DNA from: an uncultured beta proteobacterium
GTDB taxonomy: Bacteria > Pseudomonadota > Gammaproteobacteria > Burkholderiales > Casimicrobiaceae
Reading direction: 5' to 3'
DNA: 64,000 nucleotides
Assembly: GCA_963781285.1 (NCBI GenBank)
Contig: CAWAFI010000025.1
Location: forward strand, 36,296 to 100,295
Position 1 is the first letter of the stretch. Each line of letters starts with the position of its first letter. The notes under the pieces were generated by a model that was not told the DNA's origin, made no database searches, and worked only from the letters and a program-made list of their open reading frames with translations. A program made the position numbers and the translations under genes. This document shows, piece by piece, positions 62,195 through 64,000 of this stretch.

Positions 62195-62938
62195 ATGCCC
62201 ACCGCGCTGATCGCCGAGGACGAACCGCTTCTGCGCGCGCAGCTCAAGGCGCGGCTCGCCGAGGCATGGCCGGAACTCAAGGTCGTCGCGGAGGCCGCGA
62301 ACGGTGACGAAGCGCTGGCGCTCGCGGGCGAGCACCGCCCGGACATCGCGTTTCTTGACATCCGGATGCCGGTCCGTTCGGGCCTCGACGTCGCACGCGA
62401 ACTCGACGGCGCCTGCCATATCGTGTTCGTGACTGCCTACGACGAGTACGCGATCGCGGCGTTCGACGAAGGGGCGGTCGACTATGTGCTGAAGCCGCCC
62501 GCGGCCGAGCGCATCGCCAAGGTCGTCGCACGGTTGAAGGCGCGGCTGGCGACAGCGCCCCTTGATCTCACTGCGCTGCTCGAACGATTGAGCGCGCGCG
62601 ACGGCGGCCCGGGCCCGCTCAAGTGGATCCGCGCCTCGCTCGGCGCGTCGATGCGGATGATCGCCGTCGACGACGTCCTCTACTTCCAGGCCGAGGACAA
62701 GTACACGCGGGTCGTCACCCGGGACGGCGAGGCGCTGATCAGAAAGCCGATCAAGGACCTGCACGACGAGCTCGACCCGGATGCCTTCTGGCAGATCCAC
62801 CGCGGCACGATCGTCAATCTGCGCGCCGTCGCCCGCGTCGACCGCGACTGGCGGGGCGAGCCGCTGATCGTGCTGCGCGACCGCGACGAGAAGCTCGCCG
62901 TCAGCCGCACCTTCGCGCACCGATTCAAGTCGATGTAG
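62195..62938 (+). CDS. LytR/AlgR-family response regulator (receiver plus LytTR DNA-binding domain)
   Basis: The receiver has DIAFLDIRMP and VFVTAY. The LytTR part has VLYFQAEDKYTRVVT...FWQIHRGTIVNL. It starts 3 nt after the kinase stop. Confidence 0.88.
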   Translation: MPTALIAEDEPLLRAQLKARLAEAWPELKVVAEAANGDEALALAGEHRPDIAFLDIRMPVRSGLDVARELDGACHIVFVTAYDEYAIAAFDEGAVDYVLKPPAAERIAKVVARLKARLATAPLDLTALLERLSARDGGPGPLKWIRASLGASMRMIAVDDVLYFQAEDKYTRVVTRDGEALIRKPIKDLHDELDPDAFWQIHRGTIVNLRAVARVDRDWRGEPLIVLRDRDEKLAVSRTFAHRFKSM

Positions 62939-63026
62939 CCCCGTCGATTGTGCTGCGGGTCGCGGAAAAACCCGGAAGCCACGGTAAAATGACCGTTTTG
63001 CCCGGCATTTCCCAGGACCCACATCA

Positions 63027-63866
63027 ATGACCGACGTGCAACAGACTGTCGACGCCGCATGGGAGACGCGCGCGACGCTGTCGCCACTCTCGGCGTCCAA
63101 TGCCATCCGTGACGCGGTGATGCACGTGATCGGCGAGCTCGACGCGGGCCGGCTGCGCGTGGCCGAAAAGATCGGTGGCCATTGGACCGTTCGCCAGTGG
63201 GTGAAGAAGGCCGTGCTGCTGTCGTTCCGACTCGCCGATAACGCGGCGATGCGCTTTGCGCAACGGCCCGGGAGCGCGGAGCCGTTCGCGTTCTTCGACA
63301 AGGTGCCCACGAAATTCACCGGGTTGTCCGATGCGCAGCTCGCCGCCGCCGGCGTGCGCGTCGTTCCGCCTGCCGTCGCGCGCCGGGGCGCCTTCATCGC
63401 CGCGAACGTCGTGCTGATGCCGTCGTTCGTCAACATCGGCGCCTACGTCGACGAGGGCACGATGGTGGACACTTGGGCCACCGTCGGTTCGTGCGCGCAG
63501 ATCGGCAAGAACGTGCACCTTTCGGGCGGCGTCGGCATCGGCGGCGTGCTGGAGCCGCTGCAGGCCGGCCCGACGATCATCGAGGACAACTGCTTCATCG
63601 GCGCCCGCTCGGAAGTTGTCGAAGGCGTCATCATCGAGGAGAACTCCGTGCTCGGCATGGGGGTCTTCATCGGGCAGAGCACGAAGATCTATGATCGTGC
63701 GACCGGCGCGGTGAGGTATGGGCGCGTGCCGGCGGGATCCGTCGTCGTTGCCGGCAGCCTGCCGTCGGGGACGGGAAACTGTCACCTCTACTGCGCGGTC
63801 ATCGTAAAGCAGGTCGACGCAAAGACGCGCGCCAAGACCAGCATCAACGAGTTGCTGCGCGCGTGA
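63027..63866 (+). CDS. dapD: 2,3,4,5-tetrahydropyridine-2,6-dicarboxylate N-succinyltransferase
   Basis: The N-terminal helical domain, then hexapeptide repeats ([41 protein letters not shown]). Confidence 0.92.
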   Translation: MTDVQQTVDAAWETRATLSPLSASNAIRDAVMHVIGELDAGRLRVAEKIGGHWTVRQWVKKAVLLSFRLADNAAMRFAQRPGSAEPFAFFDKVPTKFTGLSDAQLAAAGVRVVPPAVARRGAFIAANVVLMPSFVNIGAYVDEGTMVDTWATVGSCAQIGKNVHLSGGVGIGGVLEPLQAGPTIIEDNCFIGARSEVVEGVIIEENSVLGMGVFIGQSTKIYDRATGAVRYGRVPAGSVVVAGSLPSGTGNCHLYCAVIVKQVDAKTRAKTSINELLRA

Positions 63867-63918
63867 GAAGAGCGCTCGATCGGCCCGACCCGTGCGCCCC
63901 GACGCCCGACACACAACC

Positions 63919-64000
63919 ATGACGTCGGTCACCATCAAATCCGAAGCAGACATCGAGAAGATGCGCGTTGCCGGGCGCCTCGCCGCGGAGTTGCTCGACT
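63919..64000 (+). CDS. map: Type I methionine aminopeptidase, 5' fragment (runs off the window)
   Basis: My own translation from the ATG at 63919: MTSVTIKSEADIEKMRVAGRLAAELLD. This closely resembles the E. coli Map N-terminus (IKTPEDIEKMRVAGRLAAEVLE, from memory). Confidence 0.7.
   Translation, partial: MTSVTIKSEADIEKMRVAGRLAAELLD

Overview
The window is high-GC (judged by eye, not computed) and looks like core chromosome of a Betaproteobacterium, probably Burkholderiales, judging from gene content and synteny. No database search was possible.

Nearly all of it is housekeeping genes in conserved blocks:
- ribF-ileS-lspA-ispH
- A sulfate-assimilation supercluster: cysA-cysW-cysT-(hydrolase)-sbp, cysN-cysD-(DUF934-cysH)-cysI, and a divergent cbiX
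- radA-hldA-ugd-pyrF-lapB-lapA-ihfB-rpsA-cmk-aroA-tyrA-hisC-pheA-gyrA
- ompA-like, amidohydrolase, ubiG, gph
- dapC, a lytS/lytR-type pair, dapD, map

I saw no tRNA or rRNA genes, CRISPR arrays, integrases, transposases, or recognisable defence or prophage genes.

The parts worth a second look are:
1. A two-gene ATP-citrate-lyase-like operon (33845-37890). Its large subunit is much longer than the canonical one, and 646 bp of apparently non-coding DNA lies upstream.
2. A divergent pair at 325-2405: a LexA-like repressor and a DnaQ-exonuclease/GIY-YIG (Cho-like) nuclease. Two GAAC-N4-GTTC palindromes lie on the lexA-like promoter and start codon.
3. ileS is broken by a +1 frame change as sequenced.
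4. DUF934 and cysH are fused in frame.
5. A structured repeat family starts on the TGA stop codons of ileS and ihfB.
6. A 277-bp MITE-like element has perfect 25-bp terminal inverted repeats and supplies the stop codon of a lipoprotein gene.
7. Two sigma54-type promoter motifs precede two adjacent small genes.

Limits: stop coordinates come from the ORF track. Start codons were chosen by eye (homology of N-termini, Shine-Dalgarno-like sequence, gene spacing) and may be off by a few codons. Family assignments rest on motifs I recognise.
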